The position numbers were made by a program, and so were the translations under genes. A stretch of DNA of 64,000 nucleotides from the human T2T-CHM13v2.0 reference genome, Homo sapiens: the NCBI RefSeq assembly GCF_009914755.1, contig NC_060932.1. One strand, written 5' to 3'. This document shows positions 16,541 through 30,597 of this stretch, piece by piece (the stretch's first letter is position 1; every line of letters starts with the position of its first letter). The notes under the pieces were generated by a model. That model worked only from the letters and a program-made list of their open reading frames with translations, was not told where the DNA came from and did not search any database.

Positions 16541-18511
16541 CTACAATACATAATTATTAAATATAAAATTTTTTTATATCTCCTATCGAACAACCTATAC
16601 CAGCATGTTTATAGAACATACCAGAAGTAAATGTTCTGCTGAAACATCTAAAGCCTCCAGAAATCAAACATCTATGTTGAAGGTGTCTTTTTAAAAACAA
16701 AGTGGAGTTTGCAGCTATAGCAGCTGTTCTGTTAACTTACTCATTCCGAGGATGAGTTTAACAGCAACATTGTAAGCTAAGTAAGCATTAAAAATAATTA
16801 AGTGATTATGATAAATCTGTACGTGTGAGAGTGATGAGTGTGTGTCCACATATATATGTGTATGAGTTCGAACTGTATCTGTTCCTGGTAAAATCTGTGA
16901 AAGTTAAGGAGAAGATTAATGTGGATTTGCTAAGTAAGGACATAGGACACCATGTGGATTTAAAGTGAAGCAATACAGAAATTACATGAAAAGAACTTGA
17001 GGGTTCAAGAGATTCAATGAAGATTGATCTGTGATTCACAATTTAATATATAGTCTAGAATCATTACATTTCAAGTCAGTAATGAATAAATTATGCTGTA
17101 AAAAGACAATACTCAGTGGCTTATAAACTAAAACTGCTACTCATAGCAGAATCAAAAGTCAATACATTGTAGAATATTCTTTATGAGTGATAGGTAGTTT
17201 CAGAATTTAACATGTGTCCCCTGTTAGTTGTACTCAGAGAAATACTGAGTGTCACATATCTCTAGAGTATCATACAGCACATGAGGACACAAAAACTTAA
17301 TAAAACCTTTCAGTATATAATACTCTACCAGGGAGAGCTATAGGAAATGATAAGTCAAAAAACATATGAGAGCTCAGAACACCTGAAGAACTTCAGGTTT
17401 ACAAGTCCTATGAAGAGATTTTTAACTTTAATGTGGTAGCTACATAAGAATAAGTAAGTAAATTATTCAAATAATTAGACCAGTCAACACAAATAAGTCA
17501 AATGAATTTTAATCAGCAGGCCAAATTACTGAACTATATGCATAGAATCAAATTTTACAGACACAGCAAAAAGTGTTGTTTCTTCATTAGTACATGAATG
17601 TTGTCACAAAATGTTCATAAAAGTACACCTCATGAACATAAAAAAATCCTCTAAATGAAGCATAATCATAAAATAATTTTATTTAGCAATTTAATAAAAC
17701 CAAAAATTATTTGCCAAAAATGAACGATTTCTTCACACGCTATTCATTCAGTCTATGAAATTGTTCTTCTCTTCCCTGTCAAGTCCAAGACTCACCAACT
17801 GTTTGAGATCTAGTTCAATTTGAGGCCTATCAATTGACTGAATTGCTAGAATTTATGTTCACTCCTCTATGCCTTCACAGAAGTTTGATTTATAACTGCT
17901 AAATTATTTTTCTCACTACGTGTGTTACTTTAAGCATCTTGGCTGTAATCTATTTTATGTACATTCTACAACTCCTATCATAACATATAACAAAATGCAC
18001 TTATTAGATATTCACTGACTAGAAAGATGATGTATATTAACATTTATTGCATTAACAAGTATATGTGTCTCTATATGACAAATATTTAAGGTCAATAAGT
18101 TTTAAGTCACACCTTTGTGTAAATCTTCATGTATTCTGAATCCATGATGGATGTTTAAGACTAATTTTGCCTTAAATGAAATATTAAATATTAGTACAGA
18201 ATAAAAGTGTAGTTGCCTCTTACAGACGATAATATTGTAAAGTAGGAAATATGACTACTTTTCATATTTTATATGCTCCAAAGTGCAAAATCAAAGAATG
18301 ATAGATAAATATTTATCACATTAATTTTAAGAAAATTACATTTGGACATTGAATTTGCAAAATATAGAAAAGTATAATTTCAAAACAGTAAAACAATAAA
18401 ATCAATATGCTTCTCTGTGATATATATCTTTAGGTCATTTTATAAAGATGATAAACATTCCTATGGTTTCCATGACATGTTCTCAAGAAACAATTCACAT
18501 TATCTACTTAC

Positions 18512-18697
18512 TGATACATTCTGGTAAAGGTTTGTCCCATTGTCCATTTGGTTGACATATCAAAACTGAAGATCCAAATAAAAAATATCCAGGATTGCAG
18601 TCATAGAATACCACAGTGCCGTAAGTAAAATTTCCATGTTCTATTTTACTTTCTCTTTTAGAATTGGCTGGAATTCCAGGATCAGAACAGTTGACCA
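18512..18697 (-). CDS. CSMD3: CSMD3 coding exon, Sushi domain (VVNCSDPGIPANS...WDKPLPECI)
   Basis: tgtttag|TG acceptor, A|gtaagt donor; 186 nt, phase 1-1. Confidence 0.97.
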
Positions 18698-19266
18698 CTA
18701 AACAAATGACAAATTTTGAAACATATGTTTGGAATAATATACATATACCTATATAGATTTATATTAGAAATGTACATACTTAGTTTCAAAAGTAAATTTA
18801 TTCAAACAACCAGATTCCAATAATAAAATTAATCCCATGGATTATCTAGAAAATGGACTGACATCTATGTGGTAGAAAATACAGAAGAAAGAAAAAAATT
18901 TGGCAACAATTAGGAAAATAGCAACTTTGTAAGTATTGCGCTAAGTACGAATTTTAAAAATGACATATTTTAAGCTATAGCTGAACTGTAAGAAAACAAC
19001 ATGCAGGAGAATGATAATTAGGTTGTATTTTGTCATACAATATGAAATATACTTCTTTGCAAACTGGAAAAACATCGAAGAGTTCTCCTTAATCTGTTTC
19101 TATAGATTAAAAAAATGAATAAAGCCTCAATACAGGTGTACTGGCAAGCCAGGCCCACATATAGTTTTCAGAAAAATAAAAAGAAAATAAATGCCAAAGC
19201 AAATTGCAAGTAAAAATAATCTCAATTACTTTTTATATGCAGTCACAAAACAGATACAAATAAGAG

Positions 19267-19370
19267 AGTTAGAAATTAACTCTACCACTTTTAACTTTTA
19301 AAAATATAAGTTACAAAAGAAAGTTAGAAATTAACTCTACCACTTTTAACTTTTAAAAATATGTTACAAA
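19267..19370. repeat. Tandem duplication, 2 copies with 55-bp period
   Basis: AGTTAGAAATTAACTCTACCACTTTTAACTTTTAAAAATAT at 19267 and 19322. Confidence 0.92.
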
Positions 19371-19538
19371 TTTAGAAAAAGGAAAGCATTGTTAATGAGA
19401 TGACATCAGTATTAAAGCTTTTTGTTTTATTAGATAAAAACTTTTTACTATTCTGCTCAAGCTGTTTTAAGTGTGTCACTGATGTTTATGTGAATATTAT
19501 TATCATGCCACCAAATGGGAATATACTTAGACATTTAC

Positions 19539-19712
19539 CTTTGCACATAGGTGGAGGATGGCTCCACTGTCTGTTGGCCTGGCACTGTGCCTTTGTTGGC
19601 CCTTGCATAAGATACCCAATATTGCATGAGAATGTTACCACATCATTAAAGTTGAACCCATTTCCACTTGTTCTTCCATAAATTGGACTACCAGGGTGAC
19701 CACAGCTAACAG
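19539..19712 (-). CDS. CSMD3: CSMD3 coding exon, Sushi domain ([13 protein letters not shown]...WSHPPPMCK)
   Basis: ttattag|CT acceptor, G|gtaaat donor; 174 nt, phase 1-1. Confidence 0.97.
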
Positions 19713-20110
19713 CTAATAAGATGTGGCAGGAGGACAGGGAAGGAAACACAGAAAAAAAATATTTAGTTATCAGTTATTGCATTATTGATTATACTTAATC
19801 ATTTCAAACAAAGTAGAAAGAAGACTACTTTTTATCTGGAAATATACGGAAAGTACATTTACTAATGTAGATGAACAAAGTAGAATGTCAAAATAGTCTA
19901 ACAGCATGATTATATTAGTAAATAGAAAATTATTTAAAATTGTGATAATTTTATGCAAGTGGTACATAGATATTTAAAGTTTCACGGTACCTATTTCATC
20001 CTTTCTCTCTACTTTATTGGGGAGGCAAAGAGCAGAGTATTGAAATGCAAAGAAATCTGGGGAATAATTAAAGTTCATGTCCATACCTAATAGCAGAAAA
20101 GAACAAAACT

Positions 20111-20312
20111 AGCCAGGTGTGGTGACTCATGCCTATAATCTCAGTGCTTTGGGAGGCCGGGGTGGGAGGATTGCTTGAGGAGAAGAGTTAAGGCTGTAGT
20201 GAGCATGATCATAGCTATGCATATATATCATAGTGAGCTATGATCTTGCCACTGCACTCCAGACTAGATGACAGAATGAGATCTTGTGCTTTAAAAAACA
20301 AAGTTAAAAAGT
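20111..20312 (+). mobile_element. Alu monomer (FAM/FRAM-like) with a small internal duplication
   Basis: Single-arm Alu; 16-bp TSD AGAAAAGAACAAAACT at 20095-20110 and 20313-20328. Confidence 0.85.
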
Positions 20313-21129
20313 AGAAAAGAACAAAACTGCACCAGTTTTCCTTGTCTAGTTAATAATTGAGGATATTTAAAGGCAGTTTTTTGCATTTAATTTTGAAATA
20401 GTGCTTTCAATATTATTTGAACAACCAATTTTTATGAATAATAGATTGATAAGCAAATGTGTGCTTGTGAAGTAAATTAATGTGACTACATAATGTAGAA
20501 AATAGAAAATGATACACAAAGGCTGCATTAGGATATTCATTAATATTTTGAGATAGTCTCAAAATATTCTCTAAATCAATCTTACTGGTTTCTTCATCAC
20601 TGATATTTGATAATATAATTTTTCTTGGAAATAATATTCTTAATTAGGTTCTTTTAATGCTGTGTCCCACTATAAATTTTACATAGTGCTGGCTTTCCCC
20701 AAACACTATTTCTATGAACTGTTTTATTGCATTATCTCACTCTATTAATCAGAGCAACTTCAGTAATAGTGCTTCCTAATTGGGCACAGGAAACGACCAC
20801 AGTCACTTTCAGTACTTAGGAAATGACCCAAGAGCAATTATTTTTCAGCTGTATTGTTAATGTCAACCTACCCATTTGGGAATTTAACTGCATCTTATTC
20901 TGGTTTAAAATTATCAATAAAGAAACCAGTTTTACCCTAAGGGCCAATTCTCATTTATAGTCTCAATTATTCAACAAGAAAAACAGTGGTATTAATTGGC
21001 TATGCTTGAATATAAATGAAAAAGAACATATCCAGGGCAGACACAAGCAGGATATTGTTGTCTTTAAATCATCAGACAATCAATTTGCTTGGGGGGGGTG
21101 TAGGGGTGGAAAGTGATTTTCATTGTCAG

Positions 21130-21208
21130 CTAGATATTCTATTATCCTATTATCATAACCATGAAACTAGATGTTCTATTATCCTATTATCATTACCATG
21201 AAACTAGA
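21130..21208. repeat. Tandem duplication, 37-bp period, ~2.1 copies
   Basis: CTAGAT(A/G)TTCTATTATCCTATTATCAT(A/T)ACCATGAAA twice. Confidence 0.9.
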
Positions 21209-21889
21209 ATTTCTATACGTTTCTGTGGATTGGATCAAAACAGTATTATGACCGAATTTATAAGTATACATGCAATTGGTCACAGATTAAATGAAATATT
21301 TCCTGTGAACGCATACTAAAAGTCCCATGTATTGTTTATCTGACACTTCCAAAATCTTTATCCTATGATCCTATTATAATTACAACATATTTACAGTACT
21401 TATTTACTAATAATAATTTTAATATAAATGTCCGTTATCTGGAGATGGATATTATTAGGTGAAAAATATAAGAAAAATGTAGTTGACTTTAAGATCCAAA
21501 GTAGGATAGATTGTGATCTGAAACACTAAATACTTACGGGGATTCTGAGATGTACTAGAGTTTATCATTATTCAGCTCTATTTTTATTTTCATAATATAG
21601 CAGTCATAATAAGTGCACAATGGCCAAATCCACAACATACATATAGGAAGAGATCCATTAAAACCACAAAGCACAGCAGGTATATTTAAGAAATAATGAA
21701 AAGATATTTCAAAATACACTTTATTCTTCATCTGTGAATTCATATCTAATCAACCTAAAAGATCACATGGATATATGTCGAACTGGTGAGATCTTTTTAA
21801 AATATTTCTAAAATTACATATATTCATATGTTTTGTATGAATTTTAAAATAGTGTAAACAGTGCTTTAAAATAAACTTTTATTTATTTT

Positions 21890-22118
21890 CTTTTTATCTG
21901 CTTTTTAAAAAATTATTTCAATAGTTTTTGAGGAACAGGTGGTGTTTAGTTGCATGGATAAGTTCTTTAGTGGTGATTTCTGAGATTTTGGTGTACCCAT
22001 CACCTGAGGAGTATACACTGTACCCAATGTGTAATCTCTCATCTATCACTCCTCTGCTACTCTTTCTCCCTAGTCCCCAGAGTTCATGATATCATTCATA
22101 TGCCTTCGCAACCTCATA
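21890..22118 (-). mobile_element. L1PB-type 3' end
   Basis: GAACAGGTGGTGTTT...GTGGTGATTTCTGAGATTTTGGTG, reverse L1PB 3' UTR. Confidence 0.8.
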
Positions 22119-22829
22119 AATAATTTTTAATTTTTTTCAGACAAAATATAGCTACGTTACATATGTGTAATCTTGATATATTTAAAAATGCAATGCATTT
22201 TGAGGTTAAAAGATGACATAATGATAAACATCTTCAACCACACACTCTCTATATAAGGGAATTACGGCCCAGAGAGATTAAACACTGCATTAGCTCACAT
22301 AATCATCAGAGGACCTGAAATGAGAGCAAAGGTTCTTCATGTCATGCCTAATGATAATATATTCCCCACTGTGCTTCATCAGTATATAATCTTGATGTCA
22401 TGACAGTAGTATCATAATTGTTAGATAATATTTATCCAAAATATTTTCCACTATAAAAAGCTCTGTAATATCACATAGTAACAAACCTTGATACAGCTAC
22501 ACAGTGGTCTCTAGAAATTTAAACCCTTATAATTACAAATGTGTTGATAATGTGTCTTCCATATAAGAATATTAATTTATCAATATTATATATTTATATT
22601 AAATATGAGAAGAGCTAAATTTAATTTATTATCTTCATGATAAAATATAACTGAAATTCTCTTGAACATATTCCACTTTAAAGACTTTTGCATAGCAGTA
22701 TCAAATTGGATTGTGGAAATTTACTTTATATTGATATATATAACAACATAATATATATATTCATCTTGCCTAACAAAAACTAGAATTATTCCAAAGATCA
22801 GAGGTCTCTAATTGCTTTTGCCATGCTTA

Positions 22830-23018
<189 letters not shown>

Positions 23019-23272
23019 TTATAAAGTAATATTTTTAATACTGTGATTTGTTTTATTTGTATATTTATATACATGTGGAACATGAGCAAACCTTTAAAGT
23101 TGTCTTAAAAGCAAGCAACAAATAATTCAATTATAACTATATGACATAAAGGTAACTATGAAATATTTAGCAAAACAACAAATATATGGAAATTAAAAGA
23201 AGACACGTGTCTAGTGACACTTGGGTCTTGAAGAAATTATAAAATATCTCAATGTGTAAAAATGAAAATATA

Positions 23273-23583
23273 GGCTGGGCACGGTGGTTCACGCCTGTAA
23301 TCCCAGCACTTTGGGAGGCCGAGGTGGCAGATCACGAGGTCAGGAGATTGAGACCATCCTGGCTAACACGATGAAACCCCGTCTCTACTAAAAATACAAA
23401 AAATTAGCCAGGCATGGTGGCAGGCGCCTGTAGTCCCAGCTTCTCGGGAGGCTGAGGCAGGTTAATGGCGTGAACCGGAAGGTGGAGCTTGCAGTGAGCG
23501 CAGATCGCGCCACCGCACTCCAGCCTGGGCAACAGAGCAAGACTCCACCTCAAAAAAAAAATAAATAAATAAATAAAAGAAAG
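23273..23583 (+). mobile_element. AluY-like SINE
   Basis: GACCATCCTGGCTAACACG and GGAGCTTGCAGTGAGC; A-rich tail. Confidence 0.93.
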
Positions 23584-24827
23584 AAAATATATCAAAATTT
23601 AGAGGTACAGATAAAGCATTACTTATTAAAGAAATTAATAAGTTTCAGTGCTTTTAGTAGAAGAAATAGAGATATAAAAGCAATGACCTAAAACTCCATG
23701 TTAAGAAGAAGCAAGGAGCAAAATGATGTAAAAATAAAGCCAAAGTAAGTAGACAGAAGGAAATATTTAAGATTACGAATAATAGAGAACATTAAGTTAA
23801 AAATTCTTTCTCTAAAAATAGCAACAAAATTATTAAACTCTTAGCTAACCCTATTAACACCAAAAAGGAGAGAATAAAATTGTCAATAACAGGAATGAAG
23901 TGATATCACTATAAAGCCTTAAGAAATTAAAAGAATAAGGGAATGCTAAAAACAGCTTTATGCCAATACATTTTAACACTTCAGAAGAAAAGAAAAAAAA
24001 TTCTGTGAAAATTATAACTCGCCCCAAAACTAACACAAGGTAAAAATATAAAAATATTAATAGTTTTTATCTATTAAAATATGTGAATTCTTAAACAAAA
24101 ACCTTCCCACGGATTTTTTTTTTTGGCTGGGAAATTCAAGCTTTTAATGGGGAAAATAATTCTTATGCAAACTCTTTTAGAAAATAGAAAAGAAAAAATC
24201 ACCTTTGAAATTATTTTATGAAGTAATCATTAACCCCAATAGTAAAGCCTCAAAAAAAAAAAAAAAAATTAAAAAGTACCAAAGTCCTTAAATGATTATA
24301 AAGGACCAAAGTACTTCATAAACAGAGATACAAACCTCCTTAATAAAATTTTAGAAAATCAGTCTAGTGACATATAAATGATAATACATCATGATTATCT
24401 GGGATTTATCCAGAAATGAAGTTTGGCTAAATATGAAAAATTACTGTAATTTTGACATAATAAAAGAGAAAAAATTCTATGTAATTATTTCAATCTATGC
24501 AGAAAAAGTATGTAGCAAAATGCAGTGCCTATTCACGATTAAAAACTGACAACAAATTAGGAATATAGGGAACATTCTCAACCCAACAAAGACATTGTTA
24601 AAAAAACCTCCAGTGCAATACATTAATACAAAGAAGAAAAACAGCACAATGTTGGGAAACAAAATAGTGAAACTGTTCTATACTCAGGTAATACGTACGT
24701 AGAAAATTATATTTTTAAAACATCTTAAACTAGTAAGTGAATTTAGAAAGGTTGTAGAATATTAGGTAAATATTTTGAATAATTGTATTTTATATACTGA
24801 CAGCAAACAATTGGAGAATGTAATTTA

Positions 24828-24970
<143 letters not shown>

Positions 24971-27029
24971 AACAATTTTACTTTTTACTTACAATAGTAA
25001 AACATTCTGGGGAATAAATTTAGCAATAGCACATTCTATGCTAAAAATACAAAATGTTGCCATTGCACAAAAAAAAAAAAAAAAAAAAAAAATAAGTAAA
25101 GACCCAAACAAATGTACTCTGTTCATGGATCACAAGACTCAATGTTTTTAGAAGCCAATTTTCCCCAAACTGATGAAAGGATTCAATCCCACCAGAATCT
25201 CTTTGTAGAGTTTCATAAACTAATATAAGATTTATATGAAACCGCAAAGTGTTATGGTATCCAAAGTGATTTTGAAAATTATGAACAAATTTAGAGGATT
25301 TACATACATGATTTCAATAATTATTATGAAGTTTTTTCAATAAATAGTGCAAGATACAAAGTGCAAGTAAAAAAGCTCCTCAATGCTACTATGTAACACA
25401 TAGGAATTAAAAATAACATTGGAGATATAAAAGTTAAAGCTAAAACTATAAAGCTTCTAGTAGAAAGTAAAACAAACAAAAATGATAGACTTTACCAAAC
25501 TTGAAAATTCCTCGTTGTCAAAAGATGTTATTAAAAAATGAGTAGGCAAGTCATAGAATAAGAGAAAATACTTATAAAACACATAATGATGAAGGCCTTG
25601 TAACAAGAATATGTAAAGAACTCCTACAATTCATAACAAAAAGGCAAGTCAATATACTTTACCACTTCACAAAGGAAAATTTACAAATAGCCAATAAGCC
25701 TATGAAAAACTGTGCTTAACATTAGTATTCATTAAGACAAAAAATATTAAAATATCATAGGATACCTTTATGCATCCAACAGAATGGAGAGAAAAAGAAA
25801 GTTGGCTATACCACATGCTGGAGAGAATGGGAGACAACTAGAACTCTCCCACATGTATTCTGTTGTGAGTATTCAAGAGAAATGAATGCGTATGTCCACA
25901 AAAAGACTTTTACATGAGCATGCATAGCAGCTTTATTCATAATAGCCTAAAACTGGACATAGCCCATGTATCCATCAAAAAGAGAATGGCTGAAATGTGG
26001 CATATTTGTACAATAGAATCCTATTGAGCAATAAAAGGAACAAATTACAGATATGCACAACAGCATAGATAAAAGAGAATAAAAGAAGCCTTATACAAAA
26101 GAGTGCACAATTTTCAATTCCATTTAATGAATTTCTAGAACAGGGGAAATGAATATATGGTGAAAATATCGAAATAGTTACTGCCTCAGGTTATGGAGGA
26201 GGAGAGTTGCACAGTGACCGTGAAGGGGCATAAGAAAACTTTCTGAGGTAATGGCAATATTCTATGTCTTTATAGTGGTTTAGTTACACTGATGTATACA
26301 TTTGTCAAAACTGATCTAACTGAACTTATGATCTATGTACTTCACTACATACAAATTTTGCCGAGTTTAAAAAAAACTTTGAACAAATACTGAACTCTAG
26401 CTAATGGTATGCATGCTTAATATTTGGCAACAAAGTATACTGATGTTTACAACTTATTTCAAAATGCATCAAAAAAATAAATTAATGGATTGATGGAGGC
26501 CTGGAAACATGGATAGATATGTGATAAGCAAATATGAAAAAAATGCTAATTGTAGAATTAGGTGGTAGGCATATGGGTGTTCACTGTCAATTCCTTTAAT
26601 TGAAAAATTCATAATAAAATACTAGGAAGGCAGGAATAAATGCACCATACTTAGAGAAACAATTATAAGCACATTCTCATGGCCGTTCTAAGCTAAAAGT
26701 GTCTGAGGTTACACAAACTAGTTGAGAAGAATGAAACCTTAAGGTCAATTCACAGTGTAATATTCTGGGATTTGCTTGTTTGGTAACTGTACTTTCCTCC
26801 TACCAACATCCTTTTGCATTTCATTGTATATAAACACTGTATTCTCTACAATGGATGATCTTGTCTCCTTAGACTAAGAGGCAATATTTTCTTATAAATA
26901 TTCCTGTTATGCCCTGTCTTTCCAGAGAACAGAATCAAGATTCTAAGTAGGTGAATAAAACCACATACTATATACAATATTAAATAATATATAATACACA
27001 ATAACAATTCATGAGAGCACATGGCCATA

Positions 27030-27330
27030 AAATATAGTATTTTCAAATTTATATGTATATTTAAAATGCTTTTAAAATTTAGTTTTATTTTAACTATATT
27101 TTAAATATGGTTCATTTTAAATATAATATTTTAATATATATTTAAATATTTTAAATATTGTATTTAAATTATATATCATTTAAATATAGTATTTTAAATA
27201 TATATTTATTTATAAATGTATACATATTTAAAGATACATGTAATATATAATTTAAATACTTGAGTATGTATAAATATATATTTCTATATAATTATATATA
27301 AATTTAAAAATTTATATGTAAACTAAGTTT
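27030..27330. repeat. AT-rich low-complexity tract
   Basis: Almost only A/T, with TTTAAATATA-like units. Confidence 0.85.
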
Positions 27331-28783
27331 ACTTAAAAATGCATAAGTAAACTAAGTAATCTGTAATTGAAATTAGTACAACCAAAATCAGTTTACAAAC
27401 TATTAAGATTTTTTATTTTTTTGAGTTTTTATTTGATTATATAATCACATATTAATACATAATCATTTAACTCATTAACTATTTTCTGTTTTCTTCAATA
27501 ATCATTGAAGTGGCCTCATCCATATGCCCAACCTTATCCAATGGGAGACATCATGACTCCTATCCTCACCACTCTGCTCTGTCTAGGTGAGACTTAAAGA
27601 GGAAGAGGAAAGACACTAGTCTGAGAGGAACTCCATCCCTAGCCAGAGCCTGGTCCATTAATGACCCCAGAGACTCAGGAGTTCCCTGTGTATATTCAAA
27701 TATGTGTGCTCTTATAAAGAAATTGTTGCTGGGCTTCCAAGCATAACTATTAACAAATGTGCCTGAGAAGGAGAAAAAAGACATTTTAACCAAAACTTCT
27801 AACTATACCATTTGAAATTTCAAATAATGATTGTATTTCTATGAATATTTTCAAGCTTATTAGCCACACAATATATAAGTATAAACTTTTCTGCCATGTG
27901 TCATATTCTTAAACAGTAATATTTTAAAGACAAAAACACTGTACAAATTTTGCCGTACTCTATTCATGATAATCAGCAATTTTTAAATTCGTAAACAAAA
28001 AGATCTTGCCTTACTTCCAACAGATAAGTGAATAATCATTAGAAAAATTTTCATTATTACCTAACTCAATACTTGCTGTCAGATCTTGAAATCATTTTAG
28101 AGAAAACAAAGCATAAATAGCATAAATCATACTATTTTCTTAATATTAAATAAATTATTGAAATCTTTGAAAAAGGAGATAAAGCATAAAATATAATATT
28201 TTCATAATAAAAGAGGCAGGGTAAGAAGAACGAACTAGTTCAGTTTCTTTAACTGAAGATTTTTTATAATAAATACTCTAAGGGGAAAACATCCTAATTG
28301 CCTAAAATCAGGTTCAAAAAATTTTTTTTTAATTTTAATAGAAATTAGTTTTATGCATGTTGAAATCTTATGAAATAAAACGGAAGAAAGGTACTTAAAT
28401 ACACACATTACATTGTTTATCTTCTTCAGTCATTACCTTAAGCAAATAGGTGAAAAGAGAATTGACTATGGTTTAGAATGACTTAATAGCTACAGCGATT
28501 AATCCAGCTGAGTAAGCAGGCATACAGTTTTCAGCAATTAGTTTTCACCATTATATTTTCACCATGCCTGGAAGAAAATGTGTCTCTCCTTAGATTTCAC
28601 TAGGAATGCTATTTGATTATTCCGTTTAGTAGCTTTTCTATCATGAGCCATTTTTAAAGATAAGTATTTTCTGGTTTTTAACATACTTACTGAATGAATA
28701 TAAATTAGTATCTCATATTAGGGAAAAAGAGATGCCTCTTTTCAAGGGTGAGGGGCAGGGGGAAGTTTGACAAAAACAAATTA

Positions 28784-28996
<213 letters not shown>

Positions 28997-30275
28997 TTAA
29001 AGATATAGTCAAGCTGCACTTGTAACAAAACTGTGCTTTGAACATTTTGAGCTTCCTATGATTTGATGTATTTACAAAGGAAATTGGCATTTGTAAAACA
29101 TGTTTGAATGAGTGTGAAAGTAGGGAGAAAAGAGATGACATAACGTAAAATGTACCCTCTTTAAGTCCCCATAGAACCTTCTAAGTAACAGAGACATAAA
29201 GTTCTTTTTTTTTCATTTTTTTTTTTTTTGCATTTTTCGCTTAGTCAACCTGGCTATAGTGGATGAAAAACATCACAAGTTTAAAGAGATGATAATTCAT
29301 TAATCCAAAATCTTTCTCTGCTTTATCAAGTAACTTTGGGCAAGCCCTTTGACTTACCTGAGCCAAAGTTTCTTCATATCTAAACCAACATTAAAATAAT
29401 AATTACAATATAATTTTTGTCAAGAACTCTATCGTTTGAGTTTTACATGTAAAATATTTGATTTTCATGAGATCCATTAGATATAATTCATCTGTTTTTT
29501 CTAAGTTTTAAAAAATTGAAGAAAATAAATTTAACTGGCTTGCTGGGTCATATAGCATCTCTTATGACTTCTTCATATTTGAAGACCACAAATGAACTGT
29601 CATTCTAGCATAAAAACAATAACAGATCATGTTCATTGGGCTTGTATTATGTACTAGGTGCTATAGTGTTTTCATTTATGTAATGCTCAAAACAACTCTC
29701 TAGGTTTTCAGTCTTAAGTTTTAGATAGCTGTCAGGTAGAGAAATAGAAAACTTTCAAACTTGCAAGAGTTGCATATCAAATTTAAAATGTACTGATGAT
29801 TTTGAGCTCATCCCCCCAAAAAAAATCATTTGAGGTCGCTATTAATATTATTGATATACTAATATTATTATTAATTCTAATATTTATATTATTTTCATTT
29901 AAAAGATGATTAAATGGAGGACCAGAAAAAAAATACTATTTTTTTCTTTTTCTCAATTAATTGCAATTCCTAAATCCCTTGCCATTCCCTCATTCTTACC
30001 TGTAGGCAGTAACCCAACCTTATTCATCCTTTAAACAATTCTACATAGTAAAGAATCTAACACAATGGAATCAAACATTTGTTGAAAACCTGATTAAATG
30101 AGTGTTTCTGTTGTAGATAATAATTACCTAGCTCTTTGAAATATTCCTATCCATGTGCCCTTTAAAAACAAATTATTCTTTTTAAACAATAATTTGGAAA
30201 AAACAAGGAGTCTGCAGTCAGAGAAAAATCCTGGGAAAAAAACTTGGAGGACTAGTACAAAAATTTAGAAATACA

Positions 30276-30597
30276 GGCTGTGCGCAGTGGCTCATGCCTA
30301 TAATCTCACCACTTTGGGAGGTTGAGGAGGGCAGATCACTTAAGGTCAGGAGTTCCAGACCAGCCTGGCCAACATGGTGAAACCCCAACTCTACCTAAAA
30401 TACAGAAAAAAATTAGCCAGGCGTGGTGGCAGGCACCTGCAATCACAGCTACTGCAGAGACTGACAGAATTGTTTGAACCTGGGAGGCAGAGGTTGCAGT
30501 GAGCTGAGATCGCGCCACTGCACTCCAGCCTGGCAGACAGAGCAAGACTCTTTCTCAAAAAACAAACAAACAAACAAACAAAAACAACAAAAAAAAA
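30276..30597 (+). mobile_element. AluS SINE
   Basis: Alu dimer with (AAAC)n tail. Confidence 0.92.

Noticed and set aside
19400-19681. Plus-strand ORFs overlapping exons (also 14130, 31896, 37981)
   Set aside because: Antisense shadows of the GC-richer CSMD3 exons; no splice or promoter support.
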